A DNA stretch of 64,000 nucleotides from contig JAYWIR010000043.1 in assembly GCA_036172245.1 (NCBI GenBank), positions 1,240,001 through 1,304,000 on the forward strand, written 5' to 3'. A program made the translations under genes and the position numbers. Positions 13,291 through 25,761 of the stretch are shown here, one piece after another; the stretch's first letter is position 1; each line of letters opens with the position of its first letter. A model generated the notes under the pieces. The model saw nothing but the letters and a program-made list of their open reading frames with translations, ran no database searches and was not told the DNA's origin. The DNA is from Raillietiella orientalis (Eukaryota).

Positions 13291-13529
13291 TGCCATGCTA
13301 GTGATCTCCTTTGGCTACGAGCGTTGCTGCTGGAACACAAGGCGGACTGTCACTGTGGTGCTAGTGGAACCAAGGAACGCACGCTGGAACAACAAACGTG
13401 GAGCTTGGAATGCAAGAAATGCTTTTACAAGTGAACGTCGAGCAAGTGCTGCCTTCCACACTGGCCAGAGGTGCGACTATTGTGCCGCTTTACAGATGTG
13501 CACGACTTCCTGTTGCTTATTGCAAACTT

Positions 13530-13870
13530 CCAACATGGCGACATACCGAGTGAAGGCGTTTACGTGGGTACCCAGCGCTGACACGACCTTAACGATTGAG
13601 CCCCTGGATGGCAGATGGAGCTTGCTTCATGGCGAAGGGCTGTCCGAGACACGCGTGTTTCTGCTCATCGACTGCAAGAGCTTACACCTGCAGCCGCAGC
13701 CAGGAGAGAATGCCTCCGCTTACAAGTAGCGGTAAGACGTTGATGCGCGTCATACGTCGGCTTGGACCGGCCGTTGCTGACGACCTTCGCAGGCAGTGAT
13801 GCCCTTCCGGGATGCGAGAGAAGGTGCAAGCAAGCAGTCACCGAAGAGAACAACGCAGACCGCTAAAATA
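13530..13870 (+). mobile_element. Possible decayed APE fragment
   Basis: EPLDGRWSLL (~DxxGR) and PAVADDL (~IVAGDFN); weak. Confidence 0.3.
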
Positions 13871-13899
13871 AATGCTAGCTTCTCTCGTCAACCATCGCA

Positions 13900-16750
13900 C
13901 CTACTCCAAAACACTACTCTCCATTCCATCAACTTGATATAGGCAACGCCAATCCCAATACACCTCCTCACATCTCTTCCTTACACTCACGATTATGCAG
14001 AATGAACTTTCCAACATTCTTCACGTTTAAATACGCACCATCCGTTCGCGTGTACCGCATTCCAGTAAAACACAATCATATAGTTTCCCCACACATCAAG
14101 AAGCGTTGAATCCAATTGGGTACTGGGCAGGCAGTAGTAAAGGGCAGCAGCGCGTGAAGCAGGCGGAGTTTGTGGATGCGGAATCCATGCATAGAACGAA
14201 ATGGAAAAAGGGCTTCCAGACGGTGGTTGGTCAAGTTTCGACGGATGAGTCGAGCAGCATTCGTGCTCCTTCGACAGCGACGAGGAGCATGAATCCTGTG
14301 GTCCAGAGTAGTGACGCAGCATGCGAAATTGCTGATACTGCTGGCGTGTATCCATCTTGTCTTCTGCAGATTCGGATGTCTGATGGGATGGCGGCGAGTA
14401 CGGAGGCTCAGGTGGAATCGGCTCACAAATGCATGTCTAATTCTAAGTCCTACGTGGGGGGATCAAAGTAGCAATCCTAGATAGCCGAATGTTGGGAGGC
14501 CTTTGTAGAAGTTCTTCGCGGTGTGACGAAGATTTCTTCGCTCCTTCTATCCAAGAATGACCTTGAGCGTAATTTCGAAGCCGGAAAGAATCCAAATGGC
14601 GTCCGGATTACCAGAATAGGTGTTGGTTATTCCAGGAGGATAGCAATGATCACCAGGGATGATCATCCCGGTGATCAACGCTAAAGAATTCACTGTCGAA
14701 GAGGGATGTTCGAAACAAGGATGTGTTTGCGAATGACAGGACGGAAAAGTGCATGGTTCTTAGGCTGGTTGGGAGTCCTGTCCTTAGCTGCAGGCACTCA
14801 AGAAATTGCTATGTCATTTCTCGCGGAAATGCAGCGTCCGTCCTGCAGTTGGTCTTTCCGAGTATGCACGCCTAAAGAGTGCACTAGGAAACGCTGGTGG
14901 TCAAGGTCGTAATCTGGGGTTGCGTAGGCAGCATTCTCAGGCTGTATCTGGTGTCCCAGTTAGCAATCGTGCGAGTGTGTGCCGAAACCAGCTATGCTGC
15001 TTGTATTGCTAGGAAGAACATTCTGGTCAGAGCGTGAGCGGTGATGATGATGCTCGTGATGATGTGAACTTCGTTGTTTTTAATGAGGGGACCACTCGCC
15101 TATTTCTCTCTCACCTAAATTTATCTCACTTATTTATCTGCCTTAAGAGTTCCATGAGGTCGGACGCAATTGTAACCTCACCTGTTTCATCTGCTCCAAA
15201 CAACCAGTGATGTCATGTTCTCGTCATAAACCAGTTATCTAACGCAACGCAACTCTCCCTACCACCTTGGCAGAAGGGATTCAAGCTGGAAGCTCTCCAG
15301 ATCCACAAGTAGGGGAACAAATTGCAAAAATATTTTGGAATGAGACTTCTGCCTTCAAATCTCCCAGCAAGGGCCGTCTCCCAGCGAAGTGTGTTGCCAT
15401 CCCCGGTCGTCCCCTCCCCAGAGAAACTTCTTGTCCTGCTTTTTTTTCCCTTTTTGTTGCTTTTCTTTCCCGGTTTCCCCTTCCCCGTCGCCGTGGAAAC
15501 GGACCTCGCCGGTCCACGTACCGGTCGTGGCAAGTTCCGAGCGCGTGGTGCAATCAAGCGTCTCGCCACACCCGAGCATTCGAGTAGACGTTTCTTATCA
15601 TTTTTCTTTCATAATAAATGCCCCGGCAAAATGAGGTGGAAACCGTTTCGCCACCAGCGTTTCCCGGTGCACTCTGCAACCGTGCAGGTGGATTCTTACG
15701 ACATTTGCAACATGATCTGCAGGATGTTGGCAAAAGAGGCTTCGGGGATGCCTGACCGAAGAAGAAGGAATGGAAAGTCTCCTACACGGTGGGAAGATTC
15801 AAACCAGGCCCCAAATGAAGAAAGAAAAACAAATGTGTTGATCGACGAAAGAATCATTTTGCCTGAACCTTTGGATCTTTCTTGAGGTCGGTTCAAAGTA
15901 CAAGGAGTGATCTTTGAAAAGATGTGATCTCGGCGCTGCAAATCTGCAAAATGACGCAGCTCCCCGAAGAAGGCATCTCTACCACCAGCTTCTCTACTGA
16001 CTTGCCACCTTGCTCTGATCTCCGTTTCTCGAAAACATCTCGAATCACTTGCTCAAAGCAACACCAACTAGCAATGCTGCAGCGGGCAAAGCGCCTGAGC
16101 AGACTTCTTTGTCCACCTTCAGATTTGGGGAAACCCAACTTCCTCCCACAACACACCTACTGAGTCCTACTGTGTCGATGGGAAATGCCTGCTGCTCCCC
16201 ACCAGCTTTTATCAGTGGCCATTGTGCACTACGCCGCCTTTTGATGTCCGACTTTTCAGAACCTTTGAGAGCATGGCCTTCTTCCACATAGGGCTGATAA
16301 CACCTTCTCTCAATACGCGCCCTACGACTCGCATCTGGAAGGGATGGAAGGTGTTTTAGGCGTATTGCTCCACCTTTCACACTTGACAACTCCTAATTGA
16401 AATTTTCGATTTCCTTTGACTAACTTTTGGTAAAAAGTTCTCGACAGCCCTGATAGAAAACTTTTGTATGCTTTGAATTCCATATTAATTATTTTGTGAC
16501 AGTACCTATCAATTTGCTGTTGTACATTTCCAGAAAACGGAACAAAACGGCCGATGGCCGCAGCAACGAAGAGCAAAAAGCTCCAAGAGCGGATCATCTT
16601 CGCATCTCATGGTCTGCCAATGCAGCTGCGCGGTCTTTTCTCTGGGAAAGTTGGCTGCGGCATGAGCACCAGCTACATGAGCTTTCTTCCGCAGCATCCC
16701 GATGAAAGCTTCCTCGCCTAGCTCTGTTCCAGCAGGCCTGCATTTCCTTC
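13900..16750 (-). mobile_element. Probable decayed LINE 5' part (ORF1 with basic tail, then APE)
   Basis: Knuckle-like LGCGET segment followed by the basic tail GKGKPGKKSNKKGKK, as in other copies. Downstream motifs are weak. Confidence 0.35.
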
Positions 16751-17229
16751 CTCTTTTCTCCCCCGTTGCATGCGTAAAGAAGCCGATTGCATCCTAAGAA
16801 GAAAGTGCGTTACAATTGACCTTTCGAATGAGGAAAAGAAGAACAAAGAGTCAAAAGAAAGTGAACGCACTCATACCGACGTTTGCCTTTCGGAAGGAAC
16901 ACACCACAAATACGAATGAACCTTCACCTGGGGGTAACTCCAAGGGTTCTTTGCAGTTGGTTCCATCACCATTGCCATTCGGTGTGACGTCTTTCCAAAC
17001 AGTTTGCGCCCAATTTTCGACTGTATGTCAAACCACGACTCAGCAAGGGAAAGCAGCTCTGTTTCACGATGCACGTCAGCAGTCTCTTCGAAAGTTTCTT
17101 TTTTTTTTCTTCCTTTTCTTTCCTTCAATTTTCCTTGCTCACTTTTATTTTGCCCCCTGTGAGTGGGTGTTCAAGTAAAACATCAGCATCCCCTCCTTTG
17201 CACACTGCGATGTTCAAGCCAAAGTTGTC

Positions 17230-17967
17230 CTAGATTCTCTTTCTCGTTTCTTTAACGGTAAATTCAGATTTTTCTTGTATCCGTGCCTTCACATGTCCCA
17301 GCCAACTCTTGATTTCAGTTCGTTTTTCCGAGGACCTCACGGAGAGCTACACGGACAGCCCCACCCAGTGAGAAGGATCACTGGAAGCAGCTGCACTTGA
17401 TGGAGGTATAGCCGCATCGAACAGCCCCAGGAGAACAAGACGGCCTTTTTTCCTCTCTTCATAAGAGAATTCTTAGGCTGCTCAGGGCGGAAGGTGCGGC
17501 AGTGTATCGATCATCCATCTTATTTCCTTGTCGAGAAATTTCTGGTCCTCTTTCTTATGCACTCCCAGCTTCCCGTAGTGTATGGCACTGGAAAAAAATA
17601 AAGTTTCCATGGCATCAAAGATTGATGCTATGAAAACCACCTTTTCCATTTCAGGGTATATTCAGCTTGGGCAAGGATTTCTTCGTTAACAAGAAGAGTC
17701 GTGCCTATTTCAAGCCCAAACGGGACCCTCCTAGACACTCATAGACCTCTCATATATTTATGTTGGCAATTGAATCACTGCTGACATTCAGGTCCAGGCG
17801 GGCCTCAAACATCGAGAAGTCATGCCAGAACGGAAAAGACAAAAGCATTCGGACGGATAAATATCACACCAGCCCAATCAGCGACATCCTTAGAATGGTG
17901 TGGCCTATTCCTGAGGGCCCCTACCGAATCCGCAAGAATGACTAAGCCATCCATGCGGATTACGAGA
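17230..17967 (+). mobile_element. Decayed LINE RT fragment
   Basis: HWKQLHLMEV (~NWRPISLLNV), PLIFMLAIESLL (~PLLFILAIEPLL, typical of L1/Tx1), KAFGRINIT (~AYADDIT). Confidence 0.6.
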
Positions 17968-18600
17968 GACGCATAGCAGGCAACACCGCCATGCAATGTG
18001 CTCCTTTCTGTGGTCGAGAGAGTGGCACGACCTCCAAATCCAACCGCAAAGGCCGTCTTGCTGCACAAATTGGCACTCTTTGCTCGTCAGTGGGGCGCGC
18101 CAAGAGCACAGAAGGGTGCGCCGAATGATGGGCGGCGCACCTACGAATTCTGCCTGTACGATGAGCAGCAGCCTGTCTCCATGGCTGCACGCGCTCCGTG
18201 TCTCCCCCCTGGGCATGAAGCGCGTTCTTCTAGATGGAACACTGTCCCCTTCCAGTTTGCTGTGCACGGATGGCATCTTTGGGTAGGTTAAGATGCACAA
18301 GGGAAGAAAGTGACCACGTCGAAGGTAACGACGGTCTTATGGAAGCGCTTCGCTTGCAGACGATCCGAATCGTCGCTTGCTGAGGTCCTTCTTTGGCAGG
18401 TTGCATTTTCGAATGGTGTCACGGGCGCTAACGGACGTAGCCTGCGGATGTGCCTTTGCATGTTGGCAGTCAGACTGCCCCCCATAAATACGCTGCTTGC
18501 AATCGGCACGCAGAAAGCACAGCCAGACCGTGGCGTGTGTCGTTGCTTCGACGAAGTGAATGTCGAGATCCTTTTTCACGTAAGCATACCGTTTGAAGGT
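17968..18600 (-). mobile_element. Decayed APE fragment head-to-head with ANK-1
   Basis: KKDLDIHFVEATTH (~DIIxLQETH) and FVQQDGLCGWIWRSCH (~LxDxWRxxH). Same sequence as 42390-43026. Confidence 0.55.
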
Positions 18601-18610
18601 TAGCTTGACC

Positions 18611-20374
18611 ATGAATAAAAGTGCTTATTTATTTGAGAGAGTAGTGAGTGTAATCAAGGAAGGAACTGAAAAAAGATTGAAGGAAATCTTAAAATCCCTT
18701 GGCATATACACACCGAAAGTATGGAAAGAAGGTTACTTGCTACATCGAGATGTTTTTAAAGATGATCCTTGTCGCGTGGCCCGGTGTCTCTTATCCGGGG
18801 GAGACTCAGCTTTAGAGACACCTTACGACCAATCTCTCACGTCACTGCACATAGCTGTGATTCTGGGAGACCGGTCGAAAGTTGATTTTCTTTTGGATAA
18901 CAGTGAGAATGTAAATAGTGCAGATAAAAGAGGAAGGAGTGCCCTTCATTTGGTTGCAAAGCACGAGAACCGCGCAATTGCTAGATTGCTATTATGTAGG
19001 GGAGCAGATGCTAATGCTGTGGACGAAAATGGGATCACTCCTCTGCACATGGCTGCTGAAGAAGGATCTCTAGCGATCGCTGAGGAACTTCTCAAACATG
19101 GAGTTGATGCGAATTTTCCTACGGGCGTCAGTGCCATATCACTTCATTTCGAAGAAGACTTCAAAAGAATGCCGAATTCTGAATGTCTTCAAGCTTCAGC
19201 TGAAATCACAGCAACCGAAGGCACATCTTTTCACGTTACTTTTAGGAAACCACCTTTTCAAAACAAAGAAAATGCTTCCTCCACATATTTGCTTGGTACG
19301 ACGGCACTCCATATCGCCGCGGCTAAAAGAAATGCAGAATTAGTAAAACTTCTCTTGGATTTCCATTCCGATGTCAATTTGAAGAGAATGGATGGAGCAA
19401 CCGCCCTTCATGTTGCTTCTAGGAAATCAAATGAGAAAGTAGTAAAACTTCTCTTAGATGCTAATGCAGACATCAGTGCCATCGAGGAAAAGGGTTCAAC
19501 TCCTCTACACGAAGCTGTTAAGTATCAGAGAGTTGAGATAGCGGAACTTCTTTTGAGGCACGAAGCACGTGTGAACTTTAAGAGAAAGGACGGGAGGACT
19601 CCGCTTCATCTTGCCGTCGAGAATAAAAGTGATACACTCGTAAAGCTCCTATTGGATTACAAAGCAGATATCAATGCTCAGGACACATATGGAACAACAG
19701 TTCTTCATATGCTCACTTTTTGTGGAAGCATAAAAGTTGCTGAAACACTGCTAGAACACGAGCCTGATATGAATGTGGTGAATCAAAATGGCGAAACAGC
19801 CTTGGATGTGGCTCTCCATACTCTGAAATCTTATCATAACTTCAAGAGTCCTGATCGTGTTAGACCTTATTACCTCAGAAAAACCGTAGCCAAGCTCATT
19901 ATACAGCATGCTTTCAAGCTCAAATCTTCCGGGGATTACTTAAGTCAGCAGAATTTACAGTCTCTTGATGACCGCAAGGATGCCAATCCGATATTATTTT
20001 TGAACGCATGCCAAAGTGAACTCGACAAGATGAAACTCACGAATATCAGAAGGAATATATTCGTCTACGACATCTTAACTGAAAGTGTTCAGAAGGTGTC
20101 TGCATACATGAGGAATTCCAGCATGGCTGACTTCCTCAAATCAGAATGGTACAAAGAGGAATTTCCAATGTTTGCAAGTATGATAAAACAGCAGATTAAG
20201 AAGGCAGTAAAAAGGAATGAGCTACTGGAGGATTTTTACAGAGTTTTCCATTCTGCTCACAACAGCTGCCGCATTCTGCCATACACGTTTGCTGAAAGCC
20301 TCAGCAATTGCTTGCGGGATCAAGACCTGAAAAGTTACATACGTGGCCTGCAGAACGTGGACACCTGTGATTGA
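18611..20374 (+). CDS. Ankyrin-repeat protein with C-terminal PRANC/F-box-like domain (ANK-1, ~587 aa from first ATG)
   Basis: About 9 TxLHxAA-type repeats. The C-terminus CQSELDKMK...YDIL...FPMFASMI...RNELL...LPYTFAESLSNCLRDQDL fits the PRANC pattern. Uninterrupted ORF. Confidence 0.92.
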   Translation: MNKSAYLFERVVSVIKEGTEKRLKEILKSLGIYTPKVWKEGYLLHRDVFKDDPCRVARCLLSGGDSALETPYDQSLTSLHIAVILGDRSKVDFLLDNSENVNSADKRGRSALHLVAKHENRAIARLLLCRGADANAVDENGITPLHMAAEEGSLAIAEELLKHGVDANFPTGVSAISLHFEEDFKRMPNSECLQASAEITATEGTSFHVTFRKPPFQNKENASSTYLLGTTALHIAAAKRNAELVKLLLDFHSDVNLKRMDGATALHVASRKSNEKVVKLLLDANADISAIEEKGSTPLHEAVKYQRVEIAELLLRHEARVNFKRKDGRTPLHLAVENKSDTLVKLLLDYKADINAQDTYGTTVLHMLTFCGSIKVAETLLEHEPDMNVVNQNGETALDVALHTLKSYHNFKSPDRVRPYYLRKTVAKLIIQHAFKLKSSGDYLSQQNLQSLDDRKDANPILFLNACQSELDKMKLTNIRRNIFVYDILTESVQKVSAYMRNSSMADFLKSEWYKEEFPMFASMIKQQIKKAVKRNELLEDFYRVFHSAHNSCRILPYTFAESLSNCLRDQDLKSYIRGLQNVDTCD

Positions 20375-21499
20375 GATGCAGCAGAAAAATGATGCTGAAT
20401 TTCGTGGACTTCTTCAGCTACAGCGAAAGATTTGAGCACGTGGAGAGGAAGCAACTTTCGAAACAGCTTCACGAAGAGTGTTTCCTTTCTGTTGATACCC
20501 CAAATAGGATCCTTTTCCTCCCTATTACGCACCCCATGTCTACTCCCCCTGAAGCTTCCCTACTGGATCTATTGAAACCGAAACCTGAAGAACGAAGTAA
20601 CCGCCATTCTCAGAAAGTGGTTAATGGAAAGTGCAGCAGGGTCTACCACAGGGGCATGGCTTCTTCCTCGCACTTCACAAGTGATGCTTGTGAAACTGAT
20701 GGGAGAAGCCCACTGGACCATGGAAAAATTCAACCTAGCCGGAACCCTGCACTAGAATGGAAGAGCAGCTCGTGGATGCAGATCGTGATGGATACTCTCA
20801 CCTTCGAAATTTCAATGATGCAGCTCACACCACTTTCATTAAAGTTTAGGCAACATTGCCTGCGTGTTTCGCGTGTTTTGTTTCTTGCACGCAACTTGTA
20901 ATATGGATTAAATTAAAAGAAATTCTTTTCATTGCATGGAGTTCAATAACTGTATGGGATTTGCAAGGAAACATTCGAACGCCAACCTAAATAAAGGATG
21001 CTGTTGGTCAGGCTACATGGTAAGTACAGCAAAAAGGCCTTCGAAAAGATGATGCCGACATCTGGACATCTGGATAAGCCGAGTCCTAGAAATACTCGCT
21101 TTTGCTAAACTCGCGCTCTTTCAAAGATCGCGAAAACGTCTCGCATTATTTGAACAGCTCTATCTCCTGATATGGTTGCTATACTTTATCTCTTGTCTGG
21201 CAGACATAGTAAAATATGTTATAGAGGGAAGGGATCACAGCTTACTTACTGGCGTCCTCAGCATTATCTGAATGATAACTTCCTCTTTTTATTAGCAGCA
21301 TTTTTAGACCTTGTGTCAACTTCCTCATGAAGCTGCAGACGATTGGTATGAGATCGCCGTTTGACTGGCCACTTCCGGCGTCACTATCCCACTCACGAAG
21401 GACAGAGATGAAAGAGAGCTGCACGTAAAATCTCGAGTGACGAGGTGCCACAAGACCTCTCTACCGTTCCTCATCGGAAGTGGGAGGAACGCAGCTAAG

Positions 21500-24400
21500 C
21501 ATTCGCAACCACTCAGGACAGCAACACAATGACGTGTGAGGGAAGAGGTCGTCCTTCACGTGGGCCGGGGACCTTACTGCATCCGAGAGGCTCTTCGCAC
21601 AAGTTCCCCGATTCGGTTTTTTATATCCTTACGCGGGACACAAACAAAAAGAAGAGGTCGGAGAGAAAGAAACTCGAACGTTTTTCCAGAGGGCCTCACG
21701 TCCCGGCAAGGAAAACCTGCCACTCAGGAAAGGGTTGAGCGTCTATTCTGCCTTTCATAGGCAGCGTGACAAGGCTTCTTCTATGCAGAAGTCCCTGGAG
21801 GGACCCCTAGGTACTTAAAGCAACTGACCACGAGTCAATTGACAGTGATCCAGCCCTGTTACCCGGATCACGCCGCACCGACGGGAAGCACAGTCTCCCT
21901 GCTTATGCGGATGGCAGCTCCACGGAGGGTTAGCACGAAGAATTGCTCCAGCAATGCTGCCGAGGCTGACTGGAGCCGAAGATCGTCCGCATAGGGCTAC
22001 ATGGCAGGCGTTTCGAGGCACAAACTGGAAAGAGCAGCAAGCGATGTCGTGTACGCTCTCAGCACCACGCTGAAGAGCAGCGCACCCTGGCGGTCTCCTT
22101 GCCCAATCCCGCGCCGTACAGGTACGCGGTACACGTGTCGGCCCACGTACTTCCAGATGGGTTCGCTGAATATGCAGCCTGCCTACTTTTCCTCTTTCTG
22201 CTATTTGAAATGCATCCCATGGATACTCAGAATGCCAAACGACGATCTCAATGATCACTTTCCTCCCAGTCCGTCTGCTTGACAGCGGCCGACCCTCCTG
22301 GTGTCAGAAAGGTGTTCTGGATATCACCACTCGGCGCACCGGAGAAGGATATGAAACTGAATTTTCGCATCTTCGGCATGTTCTCGGGAAGGCAACAGGC
22401 AACTTCCGAAAAAACTGTCCTACACGCATCTTCAAAGAATCTCTGGCGATTCCCTTTCGTGTATTCGTTCCCATCCCATGAGCTGATGTGAATGGACTCC
22501 TTGCTTGCAAACGAGAGAAAATCTTCTCCCGCCTACCGGTCACCTCGCACGAAGCACCTTCTTCCCATGAACGTCCTTTATTGCAAGTGCCTCGGAGATA
22601 AGCGGTCTCTATTCAGGGGACGGAAGATCGGGAGGCATCCGTGGGAGCAAGCAGGGACCAATTCGTGACAATGAGGATGGGAATCGCTGAGCGGGGGGGT
22701 AACTGCACGGCAGAGCGCAGCAAACGTTCTCAGTGCAATAAGCACGCCTGAGGCTGTAGTACCAGGGATTAAGGGTTCTTTTCAACGGGATGCTCCTTCA
22801 GCTCGTTGGATGCTCATCGTTTGGGTGCTTCTGCTGTATCCTCCTCCTCCTATCAAACTCTTGCAAGAAAGAATCGCATCGTAGGAGGGTGAGGGACACT
22901 TCTTGGCGTATTCGGCATCCTATGCAGGATGCCTGCAAGTTCCAACTTGAGTTGAGGGAGCTGCTGCAGTCTTAAGGTGAACAGAGTAAAGGAGATCAAC
23001 CAACGGGTTGGCGTCTCTCGTCTCCACGCCTGCATCACCATCGTGGCTTTCTCCAACACCGCGTAAGCAGCAAAGGGCTGCAATCGACGCCGCAGGCGGC
23101 ATTCCTCTGAAGGCGCCAAATGTTTCTCTTGGTGGAGCGGAAACTCCTGGGTCTCCTACCTCCCCGCGAACTGCACCTCCCGACTTCCGGATTCAGTCCC
23201 CACTCGAGGGAAAGCGGTACGGCGCAAGCGACCACCACCTGCTCTGTCCGCAACGTGGCACATACCCTCCTCAGTCGGTGCAGGAGGTCGTCAAGAAACC
23301 AATGAATGCTCTTTTGGTTTCTTAAACCCCTACTACCGCAGCGCTTTCTTCCTTCAGGAAGATACGTAACCAAGGAACTTCAGAAAGGTGGAAAGTGATC
23401 TGCAGAATCCAAAAAGAAAGGAAATTTCCGCTAGAGTGCAGTGAACGGATGCTGACTGACTCTGAAACGTCCACGTTTACCATCCAAAGGACTGAGGAGC
23501 TGGCCTAACAGATCTTGAGGAGATTCCTACTGAATTTGTGACGCTCTTAGCCGCATTCACACTCACCTCGTCCACTTCCTCAAGTTACAGAAGAAGCGGA
23601 ACGCTGAGGCTCTTGCATGGAGGTTATCCAGGCGAGGCTTTCTTCTTCACCACTGGAATTCACCAAGGACGTGCCCCTGACTGAGCGAAACTCTTTTTGA
23701 AGATCACCGCGAGATAGCCCACGAGGGAAGAGAGAAAAAGGAACCTGGGAGCATCCTACAAAGAATGAACAAAACGTAGAGGCACACAGCGCGATCCCCA
23801 TTCCAAACACTCGGAGAAAAACACTTTTTCTATTTCTTTACTTTTTCGTTTCCTCTTTCCCTTGGCTCCCCCCCAGCCACAGCGTCACCGAGACGCCCGT
23901 CCGCCTGGCATGCTAAGCTCCAACTTTGAAAGCCGTGCCGACCAAGAGTTCCATCCAAGAATGCGCGTTCGTTGCGTGCAAAAGAAACGCTGAGACGTAA
24001 GCGGGTGAAAAACGTCTGCGGGAGGCGAGCTCTCCATTTCCTGCTCGTGCAGCACGCACGGTGCCCCGGGTTGCCAGAGCAGCTGTTATGCCCTGACCCT
24101 GCATTCGGGGCACCCGGGCTCCTGAAGTCGATTCGCACTTGTGGAAAAGCGCGCCTGTTCCCGATGACCTTCCCCAAGCCCACGAGCCAGAAGGACGGCG
24201 GATGGGGCTGGAAAGGAAACTGCCCAATCGAGCCCTTCCTGCGGTCCCGGTCCTCCGGATTGGTGATTGCAAAAGCTACGGAGGAAAGCGTATCGCCGCT
24301 ACACCGTGGCTCCCGGAGGGCACAGCCAATCTCCCTGCAGAGGCCCTGCATCTGCTGGATATTCAACCGTCCAGAACGCTTTGCAGGCGACTCAGCTCCG

Positions 24401-25760
24401 GCTCGATCTCGAAATGGTCAGACAGGACGGAAATCCCTGTCCGCGTCGTGCTCAGCTCGGCAACGCAGATGGTCGTCAAGGTGCTCGACCGAGTGCTGCA
24501 TTGCAGGCCCATCGCTGAGTGAGTTGCTCGCGTGCTCATAGAACTGTTCGTCCATCTGCGCTCGAGGGCCTCGCCAGCGGACGTGAATCTACGGCACACG
24601 GACGTGGCAATCGCGTTGGATCAGATGCGCCCCAAGCGGGTAACCGCGTCGCGCAGCCGCTGGCCTTCGAGCCAACCGAAGAATCGCGTGCTGTCTGACT
24701 GCACGTTGCGGCCACGCAGGCGCGTATGCGCCAAGAGATCGATGGCATCGGACCGCTGGAGCACGCCAGTCGGCCCACGGGCGCTTCGCATGGCGTCGCG
24801 GAGGCGCGCGTGCACGAGGAACGCGACTCTGCGCCTGGGCCAGCAAGCACACAGCGCCAGCGAGGCTCACCCTGGGGGCACGCGCCTCGATTTCCCTCCC
24901 CTCCTCCGACGGAACGCTTTGGCCTTCCTGGTGGAGGGCGCAGACTTCGGGCCACGGCTCGCCTTCTTCGCGCCGTCGAAAATCCAAACCGGGAGCATTC
25001 CGAACGGCGATTCGCGATCGGCGCCAAGAGGAGGACTGCCCTCATTGCTGCTGCTGGGAAGTGCTCGTGGCGACTGCCGCTTCGCGTGGAAGCAGAGAAC
25101 TCTTGTCGGCAGAGAGGCATGCGGAGGGGCCGTTCCTCCGTCTCTCCCTGCGAGGACTTTGGACGATCGACATCTTCCTCGGAGGTGCTCCACGGACACC
25201 GTCGTGCAATCGGGCGCTGTCCTCGGAGGATTTGGCCTCGCGGGCGCTCGCATCGTGCGTTCTCTCGACGGGATTTTCCGTTCCCATCTCGGATTGCGAA
25301 GTTTGCCCGCGGGATTCAGCCCTCGGGGTTCTTAATTGTTTGACCTTTTCGGCCGACTTCCCCCGCTGCAAGGTCCTCTGCAGGGTCGGCAACCAGTTGT
25401 CGACCTTGCCGAGGACACGACGGTCTTCGCCACCTTCCTCGGTTCTCGACTTGCATACTTGGATCGCGACGACTCCTGTCGTTCCCTGTTGCGGACTTAC
25501 CCGCTCCTTCCGCTGCCCTTCATGCTGGTGGCTCGAGGATTCCCCTTCCCTCTTCTCTTCTTCCCATCCACCTCCAGCGTCCTTGGCTCCCACCGGTTTG
25601 TCCTTTTCAGTCCAGCTGAAATCGCGAGGGAGTTTCGTGCGCTCCCACGCTGATCGCTGTCGGCATTCTGCCGACCGCTGCTTTTCTTGTTTTCCTTATT
25701 TCGCGCGTGTGTTGTTTCCCTCGACTCACGGAAATCGCTGCGTTTCTCGCGCATGCACCA
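21500..25760 (-). mobile_element. Best-preserved L1/Tx1-like LINE relic (ORF1, APE, RT; internally deleted, non-functional)
   Basis: In order: knuckle-like SCSGNPGHRACC, FRSVRG and ITSMQEP (APE), RPLIS, EKIFSR, RRGIGQGDRQGALLF (~22075-22115), YADDL (21979-21993), FKYLGV (21802-21819). Confidence 0.8.
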
Positions 25761-25761
25761 A

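Larger units (their letters stand above)
17968..20836. repeat. Third, mosaic copy of the ANK-PRANC duplicon (partners 55039-57874 and, inverted, ~40191-43026)
   Basis: Flanks and the 3' end of the gene are near-identical to 55039-57874; internal coding blocks are diverged. Confidence 0.95.

Noticed and set aside
18611..20374. Diversity-generating retroelement acting on the ANK genes
   Set aside because: Differences are not confined to adenines, include indels, and there is no intact RT or short template/variable repeat pair.
20371..20901. Conserved gene downstream of the ANK genes (also 57409-57888)
   Set aside because: Conservation only reflects the recent duplication. The copy near 40560 has a stop, the 3' ends differ, and another frame shows weak LINE linker motifs.
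23035..23373. Ty3/Gypsy RT (FLDD, LNPE, EVQFAG) with an RNase H TDAS near 22640
   Set aside because: Surrounding motifs fit an APE domain followed by a non-LTR RT with clear QG, YADDL and KYLG motifs downstream, so the matches look coincidental.
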